From assembly GCA_013239625.1 (NCBI GenBank), contig MU054220.1, positions 1 through 64,000 of the forward strand: DNA of 64,000 nt, given 5' to 3'. The position numbers and the translations under genes are program-made. The notes under the pieces are model-generated. The model was not told the DNA's origin. It did not search any database and was given only the letters and a program-made list of their open reading frames with translations. This DNA comes from Lama guanicoe. Lineage: Eukaryota. Position 1 is the stretch's first letter. Every line of letters starts with the position of its first letter. Shown here piece by piece: positions 52,108 through 64,000 of this stretch.

Positions 52108-52518
52108 ATTTTATAGCCACTGTTGACTTAAAGCTACTTTAGTGATCTCAAAATGTTTTTTTTTCCAATGAATTATCAATGATTTAAGAATTGCAACACT
52201 CAAGTCAAAAACTCCTTTTTGGAAAAAAAGATAGATTTTAAATGATCTGTGAGAAAATAATTAACCCACTATATGCAATCGAATTTGTTTAATTCTCATG
52301 TCTTTTGATATCAGGAGGTATAACTTTTGTCATACTAAAAATACAACTTAAATAGTATCCTCTGTATCAATATTAACTTTTAAAATGTTATAGCACTAGA
52401 AAGCATGTCAATAAAGGTATGCTAACGCAGAAAACCTTTAAGTCTGTTTTGTCGTTACTATTGTTTGCTTGCTTTTTGTCTCGCAACTTGGAAGGCTTTC
52501 AGATACACCATAGGTCAT

Positions 52519-53469
52519 TTACTTTATAATAGAACACACTTTTCCCATAATTCTCTTCAAAGCATTTTTGACTTCCTGGTTCCGCAGGCTGTATATTAAA
52601 GGATTTAGCATGGGAATCACCACTATATAGAAAACAGAAGCTACTTTGTCAGTGTCCAGAGACTGGTTTGTTTTGGGCTGCATATACATGAAGATGATTG
52701 TACCGTAAAATACAGCGATGGAAGTCAGGTGAGAAGCACAAGTAGAAAACGCCTTTTGTCTGCCTTCCGCTGACTGAATCCTCAGAATGGTAAACAGAAT
52801 GAATACGTAAGAGACGAGAACAATAAGAAGAGAGAAAAGGGTATTGAAACCAGCCAGCGTGAACAGCATCAGTTCTTTGATATCTTTGTAATGGCTTTTA
52901 CGACAGGCCAGACCAACCAGGGGGACATCATCACAGTAGAAGTGATTTATTATATTTGAATTACAGAATGACAAGTGGAATGTAAGAAATGCCTGGAGGA
53001 GTCCCACAGAAAAGCCATACAGATATGTGCTAACCACCATTTGAATACAGACCCTTCCGTTCATGATGATGCTGTAGAGTAAAGGGTGACAAATGGCCAC
53101 ATACCTGTCATAGGCCATGACTGACAGCGTGTACAATTCACAAACCACAAACGTGATAAAGCAACACAACTGAGTGGCACAGGCAGGTAAGGATATCCTC
53201 TTCGTTTCTTGGAGGAAGTTCACCATCGTGTTAGGAGTGACAGAGGAGGTATAGCAAAAATCAACAAAAGCTAGGTGGCTGAGGAAATAGTACATAGCTG
53301 TGTGGAGCTGCGGACTGATACGAATTAGCATAATTAATCCAAGATTACCTATGACACTAATTAAGTAGATCACTAAAAAGATCCCCAAAAGAAGTTCTTG
53401 AAGCTCTGGACTGTCTGTGAGTCCCAAGAGGATAAATTCAGTCACTTCTGAATCATTGCCTTTGGCCAT
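52519..53469 (-). CDS. Olfactory receptor, OR5AL-related, intact, 316 aa
   Basis: MAKGNDS...LHTAMYYFL...[10 protein letters not shown]...KAFSTCASH...[12 protein letters not shown]. Confidence 0.9.
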   Translation of the reverse strand: MAKGNDSEVTEFILLGLTDSPELQELLLGIFLVIYLISVIGNLGLIMLIRISPQLHTAMYYFLSHLAFVDFCYTSSVTPNTMVNFLQETKRISLPACATQLCCFITFVVCELYTLSVMAYDRYVAICHPLLYSIIMNGRVCIQMVVSTYLYGFSVGLLQAFLTFHLSFCNSNIINHFYCDDVPLVGLACRKSHYKDIKELMLFTLAGFNTLFSLLIVLVSYVFILFTILRIQSAEGRQKAFSTCASHLTSIAVFYGTIIFMYMQPKTNQSLDTDKVASVFYIVVIPMLNPLIYSLRNQEVKNALKRIMGKVCSIIK

Positions 53470-54404
53470 GGAGTGTGTGTAGAAGCATCTGGCACTGTTA
53501 TCACCAGAACATCTGTTACGGAAAATCTTCCATCTTGTGTATTAAGGAATTAACTCACATTTATTTCATGGTGACCCTACTGGAAAGATAATCCTCACTG
53601 TTCAACGAGCTATTCTCAGATTTCTATCTTGCCTGTTTTGGATTTGAAGGCACTTGCCCCTGGCAGAAATTCCAATACACTCAGTAGTCTGGATGATCCT
53701 TAAAGAAGAGAGAATGTCTTGAATTAAAATGTAGAATCTCATATGTGCAAAAATCCAGTATTACAGGTATAGCAGGAGAAATTCTTGAACAGTTAAAGAG
53801 ACAGTAGCATATTTCAGAGTTATGTATTAAGATGAAACATGAAACTTTTCAAGACACCTCAGAATTAAGACAATCATGACTCTGACTAAACATAATTCTT
53901 AGTGTGCTCGCCAGTGCAATGAAGGAAGGGGTGAAATATAGTTCTTTATAAAGTACGATAATATGTCTAAACCAACATGTTTAGTGGAAAGATATTATTG
54001 GATTTGTTATGATTGCAGAAAAATCTTCTGATACAATGCTATGTGATGAAAACTGTACCATTATTAAAGTGTAACTTCAAAGAAATGTGAAAATACAATT
54101 TTCAAGATTCCCATTTAAACTAATAAAAATTTAAAACCAAAGGCTTAATGTAATATTCAACTTAGCAAAATGTTGGCCTTACATATTATTGTTTATGTTT
54201 AAATTGAATAAATTTAGTTTCACCTTATGTCTTAGTAGAAGGACATTTAGGAAACAAAACTCTTCACAAGTTAAATCAATTATGTAACATGTGATAGGTA
54301 ACCCCAAATAAACCCACCAAATGAACTTGCAAGGACAGTCAGGGCATTTCTTAAAGTGTAAGGAGGGGATGTTTATCCTTACACATATGAAACAAGGTGG
54401 GAAT

Positions 54405-54620
54405 TGATGGTGTGACAATGAATGTTTATCGAGTGATTTTCAAAAAACTCCACAAAAAAGTGTCAATTTGTAGCACCTGTTGGATTTTCTGGGTAAATAT
54501 TCCCACCATAGCTGATCTCAAGCTACCAACCTGGAGTCCCTGATCACAGAGTTGGGAAGAGATGTTCAGATTACAGCTTTTTTTAAGCTTATATAAGTGC
54601 TTTTAAGCACCACTACACTG
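54405..54620. mobile_element. MER63-like hAT DNA transposon fragment
   Basis: GTAAATATTCCCACCATAGCTGATCTCAAGCTACCAAC...CAGAGTTGGGAAGAGATG matches recalled MER63 consensus. Confidence 0.65.
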
Positions 54621-57600
54621 GTGGAGTTAAATAAAAGTAGGTCAGTATTATAAGCAAAATAATACAAAAAAATGTTTGGTAGAGGACACATATTCATATG
54701 ATTAAACTATATGATAGACCAGCACTTAAAATTAATGATGAGTCTCTCCCTACAACAATATTCATATCTGTATTTATGAGGATCTTTTCCCATTATACTT
54801 ATTAATTACAAAGGGGAAAAGGCAATCTTAATAAATATGAAAAGTTGGCTAACAATAAGGTGTCCATCAGACTGATCAAATTAAATGATAGATGATACTG
54901 TTGGTAAAGGCACAGGAACATGACATGGGCTTACACGTCCAATAGAAGCGTAACTGTCTTCATCTTTCTGGAGGGTAGTATAAGAGTAAGCATCAAAACT
55001 GTTTAAAATAGTCCTGCCCCTTGACATAATGACTTTAACTCTAGGAACTTAGGAAAGTCATGAAGAGTATGCAAGTGTCTGAATTGTTCTATTTTTACTT
55101 ACTCCAAAAGAGGAAGCTGTCTAGATATATTCTAATAGTTGTCTAGATCTTACACGGCTCTCCAGTAAGTTAGTAAATGGCAACTTTAAAAGCTGAAATA
55201 AGTCTACATTTATTGATATTGAAAAATGTTCATAATAAAATCAAGTTTTAAAAAGCAGCATGCTAAACAGGTTATACAGTGTTAAATAATTCCTGTATAC
55301 TCACATCACATGTAATGATCTAGAGATATGTATGCAAACAGAAAAATGCTCATATTGTATGTGTCAAATGATACCAGTTGTTCTATGAGGTGATTCTGTG
55401 GTCCTTCCTTCCTTCCTACTCATCTTAATCAGTCTTCACAGTCTGTGCTGTACTCTCTGTCAACACACTTGATGTCAGTGTCACATGTATATTTCCATCT
55501 TGCATTCCATGTGTATGAATATTGACAACTTAACTTTTCATGTTATTGCTATACTTGTGCTTGTCTGGTGCCCGTATGGATGTTTGAAGTATTCTGAATT
55601 ATCTACCACTAAAAAGAACTTCATAATCTCAACTTTGGATGGGAAATGTCTCATTGTGTTATATTTCTCAGGTAGATTCATAGGTTAAGAAACTTGAACT
55701 ACTTGTCTCATTGAAAGCAATCCTCAAAAAAGATGAAACCAATTTACAAAATCATCAAATTTCAGGTGAAAATCATGACCAGTTTTTTCTCCTATATTCA
55801 TAGTTCTGTAGCATATCTTCAGTTTTCATCTGAAATTATTAAATTTTACTGTAGATAGTTTTCTAAATGTCAGCATTTAAAACTTAGGAGTAGGAAATCT
55901 AAAAACCATTATTTCAAAAAACTTTTATTCAAAAAAAATTTTTTTGATGGCTTAGGTGCATTTTATTGTTCTTCTTTCAGAATTCTTCTACAAAAGAGCA
56001 AAGTTAAAAACACAATTTTGTTTCTTAACTTTTTTATCCATTGTCTTTTCTCGATTTTATGACAGTAAATTTAGCAGTTGATATTACTGTCACCTTCATA
56101 TTGATGAAGAAACCAAGGTATACAGAAGTGAAATAAATTGTCAGAGATCTTTTTTAATGCAGCAAACGTTAGACCCAGCTTCACACTTAGGCTTTTAGAT
56201 GCCAAGGAATCTAGGCCCTTTCCCAGAAGAGCTGTGACGCAGTGACTGCTCCAGCCTGCCAAGATGGGAGGTCAGGGACAGTAATGACAGGCGTCCGGTA
56301 TCCAGATGACAGACTCAAAACCTGCTGCAGGGGCTTTGGGAGAAAACTGGGAGCCACTGAAATGGTCCAATAGTAGGCAAATGTGTTTAAATAAACAATG
56401 AAAAAATTAATGTTTGAGAAATGTGGATTAAGCTAGCCCTGTGTTCTGTGAGCAATGAAAATATAGATTAAATCTCCCCTCTCTAGCTGTTAGTAGCAGC
56501 TTTCTAGTCTTTGTCATTAAGCATTCAAATGGCATGTATATATTAATACACATATGTATTAAAATGATATGCATGAGTTGCAAACTCAAAACCATTTTCT
56601 GTGTAATTGAAAATTATAAAATTATTACATTTATTCGAAATGCATACATGTGCATCTCTATCTCTGTCTCTCCATCTGTGTGTCTACCTGTCCATATCAC
56701 AGTTATCAGTTGAGTAGGGTAACCCCCATGTATAAATTGCTCCCTCAAGTTTATTAGTAGAGTTGGGACAACAACTCAGGTCTTTAGACTCAGAGAAGGA
56801 AGGGAGATGACAGGCATGCACCTGCCATTTATTATTACCTTTTGTATGTTGTTTAAGAGTTTAAAAGTCTCCAAGTTTTGTAAAATTGTCCTTATTTAAT
56901 TGGTAACTAACCTGGTGAGAGCCCACACATAATACAGCGCCATCCTCGGACTACAAGGCGTACATTCTTCTCCCAAGGATGCATTGCCTAATGGGTTCAT
57001 TGTGTTCTAAGAAGCTATTCCTTACCCAGTAATGACCAACTTACCCAAGATCTGCCCAGTATAACTGCATATAATCCCTGCTACTGGCAAAATGGTCTAT
57101 GATGTTTCAATTATTTTGAGTGTGTTTATTTAGAATGTATGATGCCTCTGGGATTCTATCCTTGAATTACATTGAATTACATTATCATTATAAATATTTA
57201 GACAGTTGGAAAAAATATAATGAGGTCTCATAGGCTTAAAAAAAAAAGGTCCCTTAAGAATTAGTCTTCAGAGATCAAACCAGACTTCAGGTCATGTTAA
57301 AACAGTGACATTGAAAAAGTTAGGATATAATACTGTTCTCTTGAATAAAGAGAATTTGTTAAATACATCAATATGGAACAGTTTTGTATTTTCATATTGT
57401 TTGAAGAAACTAACAAATCAGGAAAAAATACTTGTGCTACGCATCTTTGGTTTTCACGTGGGATATTGTTAATGCACCTGGAGACTTCTGAACTGGGGAT
57501 GCTGGACGGAAGGACAGGCTGTGTTTTTGTCCTGTAACTAGTTACATAAACAGGTAATAGCTTTCATGCAATTCTTCATTTGAGAAACAGGAAAACTGGC

Positions 57601-58867
57601 ATAAATTCCTATGGACCAGATAATTATTTTTAATGCATTTTCATATGAAACATGAAGGAATGGGCATAAGTTCGTATGGTTACTTTTATGTCTGAAATCT
57701 CATTCTAAGTAAAAATCTATAGAAAATTTTATTGTACATTGAACAGATATGTAGAAATCACATATGAGGAACAGGCATTCTAATATTTTTAAGAGAAAAA
57801 AGTGAAGAAAATTTCATTTTTTTTATTCAAGTCACTTTCTTAACTTCATGAACATAAAAACCTGGTTTCTATTAATGATCGCTTTTTTCAAGGCATCCTT
57901 CACCTCCTTGTTCCTGAGGCTGTAGATTAAAGGGTTCAACATGGGAATGATCACCGTGTAGAAGACAGAGGCCATCTTGTCTGTGTCCAGGGAATGGTGA
58001 GAGCTTGGCTGTAAGTACATGAAGATGAGGGACCCGTAGAATATGGTGACTGCCAGCATGTGGGAGCTACACGTGGAGAAAGCCTTGCGTCTCCCCTCAG
58101 CTGAGCGCATCCCCAGGATGGCAGAGATGATGTACACGTAGGAGACAAAGACAACCAGGAGGGAAGAAATGAACTTGATACCAGCACAGACAAAGATCCA
58201 CAGCCGCTTGGTGTGAGTGTCTGAGCACGTCAGCCTGAGGAGAGGCATGTCATCACAGTAGAAATGGTTAAGGATGTTGGAGTGGCAATAGGAGAGGCGA
58301 AAGGTGAGGAGGGTATGGAACAGGGCGACCAGGAAGCTGTAGCTGTAGGGGGCAACCACAAGCTGGATGCAGATTCTTGGGGACATCACAGCCATATAGA
58401 GGAGAGGTTTACAAATGGCCACATAGCGGTCATAGGCCATGGAAGCTAGGAGCAAACACTCAGCTGTCGGGCAAGCCAGGAAACAGACTAACTGAGCCAC
58501 ACACACGTTGAAGGAGATCACATTCTGTTGGTACAAGAAGTTCCCCAGCATCTTGGGTGTGATGACAGAAGTATAACAGAAATCAACAAAGGCCAGGTTG
58601 CTAAGAAAGAAGTACATTGGTGTGTGGAGTCTTGCATCCATTCTAATGACCAGGATCAGACCCAGGTTGCCTACTACTGTGAAGAGGTAGACGGAGAAGA
58701 AGAGCACAAAGAGGGGCATCTTCAACTCCTGACGGTCCGTGAGGCCCACGAGAATGAACTCTGTCACCTGCATGCAGTTGATCCGGGTCATTTGTCTTCA
58801 GTATGTCTGCATGAAGAGAGGAGAATTACATCCAGCTTAATTAAATTAAATTTGAATTGTAATATCC
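54611..58867 (+). repeat. Segmental duplication copy 2 (probable parental copy)
   Basis: Colinear with 32854-37019; carries ~95 extra bp at ~55930-56022. Confidence 0.95.
57832..58791 (-). CDS. OR8U9: Olfactory receptor OR8U9-like, intact ORF of 319 aa but possibly non-functional (copy 2)
   Basis: 14 amino-acid differences from copy 1, including loss of the N-glycosylation sequon (NCT to NCM). Confidence 0.8.
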   Translation of the reverse strand: MTRINCMQVTEFILVGLTDRQELKMPLFVLFFSVYLFTVVGNLGLILVIRMDARLHTPMYFFLSNLAFVDFCYTSVITPKMLGNFLYQQNVISFNVCVAQLVCFLACPTAECLLLASMAYDRYVAICKPLLYMAVMSPRICIQLVVAPYSYSFLVALFHTLLTFRLSYCHSNILNHFYCDDMPLLRLTCSDTHTKRLWIFVCAGIKFISSLLVVFVSYVYIISAILGMRSAEGRRKAFSTCSSHMLAVTIFYGSLIFMYLQPSSHHSLDTDKMASVFYTVIIPMLNPLIYSLRNKEVKDALKKAIINRNQVFMFMKLRK

Positions 58868-59988
58868 TTTAAAGCCACTTCATTTTTAACAGGAAAATGC
58901 TAATATTAAAATCATTAGCATCCTTGGAGCCAGGGGATGGGACAAAGATCAAATAGAAATCTTTTGTAGGAAAGGCACATTGTGTTCCCCAAAGTCGATT
59001 GCATTTAACGTTAAGAGCTGTGGGACATGATTCAGTCCACACTGGCTCTCTTTTCAAAGCTCTTGACTTTATATAATTCAATTTTACCATCAATTTTTCA
59101 AAATTTTGAACTATTGTTTTTTTTTAAAAAAAATCCTAACATTGGTAATATAAAGGAAATTGAATCCTCTGCAGTGACATTACCCAGACAGACTTGCCCG
59201 TGTGATACAAACTCCACATTGCTGCAATGCTATATTCAACTGTTGTATACCATTACTTATTGCCAAGAAGTCACCATACGTGACTACAGAATCTTCATAA
59301 TTGTGTTAATGCAAATGCTGGAAATAGGTAACTTTACGAAAGATGCTAATGCATGCTTTACAGGCTGTTTATTTACTTTGTTTCTTATATGCCCATTCTG
59401 TAGATGGAGAAAGAAGTCTGAGAGATTATGCACCTGCAGTATGCTCAGACAGCCAGTCTCTAGCACAGCTGGGATTCAAACTTGTGTTTTTCTGAGGCAG
59501 AACCCACCCACTATTAAGTTCTCAATACTCCCGATTTATTCCGTTGGTGCATTGCCTAGATTTCGCCAAGCGTTTCTTGACAGTGTTTCACAGACATCTT
59601 TCTATGTAAAGCATCAACTGAACTGATCAAATTCAATGAAAACCTTCACATTTTAAAAACATTTTGCTTATTTAAAATAAAAGTGATATTTACTTTCTAA
59701 TAGAATTATATCAATGTACATGGCTCCTAACTAAAAACATACAGATTTGGATTATTTTCATATTAATTTTCATGTTTTTACTGTACTATTTTTGTGAAAG
59801 AATTTCAATCTAAAATGGAACTGGAAGATAGAAAGTGGAAAATCTCATATATGCCCTCAGGCAAACAAAAGGTAAGGACTGGTGAGGAGTGACAGGCTGA
59901 TTTCCCTTAAATGCCTGATGTACCGAACTCTGAAACTTATCCAAGAATCTCTCTGCATCCTTGAGGCCATAAACTTGCTGCTTGGACT

Positions 59989-60346
59989 TGTGAAAAATTC
60001 AGAAACAGCCAGAGCAAAGTAAATGAATAGTAACTGGTAGAAGTTTACCATGAACACATCAAGGATGGTCTCTGTTTTTTTGTTTTTGTTTTTAATTTAA
60101 GTTTAAATTTAATTTTTTTGGAGAGGCCACCCTGATATGAACTATGTTTGCTTTAACCGAATATAATTGAACTCCCCCTTGTTTATATCCACTCCATTAA
60201 CACAGCCTACCCTAAGCCCTCAATGGATTTGTTTGCAGCTTGTTAGAGTTTATGTTTCCCAAATTACAGCTCAAACTATTCCCAAACCAACTCATTTTGT
60301 ACAATTTCAAGCTCACCTCAGTTTCTCTCTTTTTTTTAGGTTGACA
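59989..60346 (+). mobile_element. Possible old ERV1-type LTR
   Basis: Begins TGTGAAAA and ends TTTTAGGTTGACA, as many ERV1 LTRs do; no clear TSD. Confidence 0.4.
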
Positions 60347-62829
60347 TTTGAAATGGATTATCTTCATTTATTTTACCTATCCTTATGGTCTGATGTTTGT
60401 AATTGAGATATAAACCTCAATATAATCTTTAATTTAGGATAGAATAAGAGAACTAGAAATGAGTTTCGTTTATTGCTATACATTTTCTTTTAGTAAATCC
60501 CATAAAGTCTTCTGTCATATTTCTCTCTCTTTCTCCACACAAAAATTTAAAAAGTCTTAAGAAAACATAAATTGCTCTGCACATTCTAGAAATTAGACTT
60601 GCAGAATCATCAGCCTATGCATTCTGATCCTTATCTACTCATGCTACATTAGAAGCATTTATTTTATCATGTTGATAATGATCTTTTATATCAAAAGACA
60701 GTAGGGCACACTATTAAAAATATGAGACTAGAGTTTGAATCACGGCGATGTCATGCACTAGTGAGTGTGCTTCTTAGTGAAATTACTCAGGTTTTCTTGG
60801 TTTGTTTACTGAAAAATAAGAGACACACTCCTTCTTAGAGAGTAAATGTAAAATTTCCATTTGAGTTCACTTATACTGTTGTATTTGTGAGAAAGAAATA
60901 CTATGGAATTTCTCTAATGAACACTTGCTTTTGGAATGACAGAAAACTATTGAAAAATATTGTTTCATTGATATGTATACCAAGAGGGATACAGTAGAAA
61001 GAATCTTGAATAAAATTGGGAGACCTATATTTAAATGGCTCCATCACCCTCTAGTTACATTAATTTTAGCATGTCAAAAATTCCATGTGTCCTTCAGTTT
61101 CACAATCTGTAAATGGTGCTATTTTATATCTAAAAAATGCAAAAGATAAAATAATGTGTCTGCACATAGCATACACAAGAAGACTTTCAAATAGAAAATA
61201 TTGTGTTAAAATTGCTCCCTGATCTATTAAAAGGGAGATGTACAGTGAAGTCAGTGTAATCACTTTTAAAATTCACTGGTAGCGGGGTAGACAGTGCTTA
61301 TTAGTCAGGGTAAGATACTAGAATATGGAAATTACAGAACAAGATGCAGACAATCCTTAACTGTTGGATGCAGATATCTATAGTTTAAGATTTATGTGCA
61401 ATTTACATGTTAAACTAAAGACATAGAAGAGTGTCTCATTTTTATTTTTAGCTCTTCAAATAGTCTCAACAAAGAATAAATTAACAAAAGAATATATAGC
61501 CTAGCTGATATGTTTTCTTATGTCAGGAAACAGATAAAAAGATACATCAGGAGAAGGTAGATGTTCTTCATAAAGCATGGACGTCAAAATCAAAAATAAT
61601 TTTTAACTGGGTCTGTATGCAAGTGTCTACAACTTTCTATGGGAAGAGGACAATCTCTGATGCCATTGATCAGTATGTGAGATGAGTAGGTCAGCAAGGT
61701 ATTTAAAAGCCTAGTTAGTGGTCCCACAAATATATAAATTACATTTTGAAATAATTAAGCAACTGTTTAATTAGAAATTTGGCTTACAAGGCCCATAATA
61801 CCAGCTAAGACTCCTCTGTTAGCAGCAGCTATAAGAACTTCAATATGCCATTTCATCTTATCTTAAAAATAGTGCATGCAAATGTATGCAAATGTATTTG
61901 AAAGTATATTATATATGATCTTTTACCATCTAACCCATGATATTTTATCTTCAACTTCCACTTACATCTCTTCTCTTCTGCCACAGCCAACACACAATGA
62001 TCTAATTAGAATAATTGTTTTGTGGTCCTCGGTTACAGTAAGAAGACTGTACATGCGTCCCTGCTTCATATGTTCTTTTTCCTGTCCTCATTTCTACCAG
62101 GTGAATGGTGAATGAAAGGTTGAAGGAAAAACTCCTGTTTATCCTTCAAGGCCTATCAAAATCCCACCTTTCCTGTAAAGATCTCCCTTACTTCCAATTC
62201 CCATGCTCTGTTACCTACCAGTTTTCATTTTTGCATTCTGGAAACATTTTATGCATAAATTATTTGCACATCATTTGTGGTTTCCATCTGTTTCCATATT
62301 TGTATTTTGGAGAGACTATAGACTCCATTGTAGAAACCATGACTTTTTTATTCATTTCCTAATGTAGCCCCTTCTAGATGCTTGGTAATGGAGAATTAAA
62401 GATTACTTTTGGTAATAAAATTTCAATTTATTTCTCCTGCTCATAATTAATGTTCTTTAGTTATCTCAAATATATTAAGGGATGTAGTGATGACAGTTTT
62501 AAGGTGCTCACTTCTCATTCTGGGTAAAATGACTAGCTTTTGCAAAAATGAAAACAGTCTAGACATAGTTCACAATCAATTAAGTGCTTGACTTGTCCAA
62601 ATGATTGAATAGATTCTATCTTAGAGATCACAAATTTTTACTCCAGACTAATAAAATGTATATCATAGAAGAGCACCTACCTATACAGCTGAAATAAAAT
62701 TAGAAGAAACACTCTTTACCCTCGTTTCTAAAATGCCACCCAAAAAGTTTTATTTTAAAATCTATTCTATTCTAGTTGATTTTTAAAAATTCAGATTTTT
62801 GTCACAATTTTTAAAAACAATCTTCAAAA

Positions 62830-63010
62830 CTACCTGGGTAGAAGGTGTTCCTATTTCTTCTCCAGGTGGGTTTGTGCAGCAGCAAACGGCGGGGTTTTAT
62901 CAATGACCTACCCCAAGGGATCTTACTGAGGGTCTGACATAAGATCATCAGGAAAGTTGCAGACCACACCCCAGAGGGAGCCCACGACCTGCTGGAGATC
63001 AATTAGCATC
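62830..63010 (-). promoter_or_regulatory. Candidate promoter and first exon for OR8U copy 2
   Basis: Non-repetitive GC-richer patch with O/E-like CCCCAAGGGA (62911-62920), homeodomain-like CAATTAG (63000-63006) and minus-strand donor CAG|GTAGTT at 62833, ~4 kb upstream of the ATG. Confidence 0.4.
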
Positions 63011-63458
63011 GTTCTCGTGTTTGAGGAACCTCACAACTACAGCTCTGCCTTTAGTATGACATTATTGCCTTAGCATCCCCTCATTTTTGAGCTGCTATCA
63101 TTTACTGATTGCTGTCTTAATTGTTCATAATATTTTTGCTCAACAACAGGATTTAAGTCTATCCTTGAAAAAGATAAGAAACTTTCCAACAGCATATCTT
63201 TCAAAGAACTAAATATCTAACTCTTCCAAGGATCTGTTTCTGAACATGTTGAGACATGACCCTCTTTGGCTTACTCTTTGAAATGCTCATGAAATATTCA
63301 TTTCCTCTTCCAGGTTATCTCTATCCATTATTCCTTAATTTCCTTGGTGAGCTCTTCTAGAGAGCACTCTTCCAGATTGATTTCTTAGCCAATCTGTGTC
63401 CATAGCAAGGGGGTGCAGAAAGAATTTTATTTTAAAACTTATTTAGAAACAATGCATC

Positions 63459-63906
63459 TGCTATGAACTCAACTGTGTCCTCCCAAAATTCACAGGCTGA
63501 AGCCCTCCCTTCCACTGTGATGGTGTCTGCAGATGGGCCTTTGGATACCTCCCAGAGGAGGCTAGGGTTAGATGAGGTCATGAGAATGGGGCCTTCATAA
63601 TGGAATTAGCGTCCTTATAAGGATAAACACTAGTGTTCCCTCTCTCTCTCTCTCTCATTCTATACTCCCCTCCTAACCCCCCACCCCTACCACGTGCACT
63701 CACACAGAAGCACTCATATGAGTACACAGTCAGGTAGCAGCCATCTACAATCCAGGAAGAGAGTGCCTACAAATAACCAAATTGTCCAGAATCCTGATCT
63801 TGGACTTTCCTGCCTCCAGAACCATGAGAAAATAAATTTCTGTTGGTAAAGCCTCCCAGTTTTTAAAAACAGTATTTTGTTATGGCAGCTCAAACTAACA
63901 AAAACA
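63459..63906 (+). mobile_element. MaLR (MLT1-type) solo LTR with perfect 5-bp TSD
   Basis: TGCTATGAAC...TGTGTCCTCCCAAAATTCA...CTTGGACTTTCCTGCCTCCAGAACCATGAGAAAATAAATTTCTGTTG...AAACA; GCATC on both sides (63454-63458, 63907-63911). Confidence 0.9.
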
Positions 63907-64000
63907 GCATCTTTAAAGAAACAAAATAATCCTCAGTACTGAAAAGGGTTTTATTGGGTTGGTGAGGGGAGGGGTAGGAAAAGAATTATGGAATTTTTTT

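Noticed and set aside
59027..59626. 199-aa plus-strand ORF
   Set aside because: No recognisable domain, AT-rich, overlaps MIR-like sequence in a presumptive OR intron; likely chance

Overview
Mammalian genomic DNA, most likely a camelid (three tRNA-derived SINEs of the Vic-1 type), covering part of the class II olfactory receptor cluster that corresponds to the human OR5M/OR5R/OR5AL/OR8U region. It holds eight single-exon OR coding sequences: six have intact ORFs (OR5R1/OR8U3-like, three OR5AL-like, two OR8U9-like) and two carry one frameshift each (OR5M9-like and an unassigned OR5/8-family gene). There is also a probable short 5' remnant of a ninth OR. Intergenic DNA contains L1, L2, MIR, DNA transposons and several solo LTRs, including an ERV2-like LTR with a perfect 6-bp TSD nested in an L1. 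The most interesting structure is a ~4.2-kb duplicated block carrying only the OR8U coding exon and its splice acceptor. One copy sits between the OR5AL1-like CDS and what looks like that gene's own upstream region, bounded by a ~165-bp direct repeat. This suggests promoter capture, or one promoter serving two receptors. The two copies show patchy gene conversion, and the parental copy appears to be decaying. Orthology and repeat-family names come from recalled sequences, not database searches, and identity figures are by-eye estimates.
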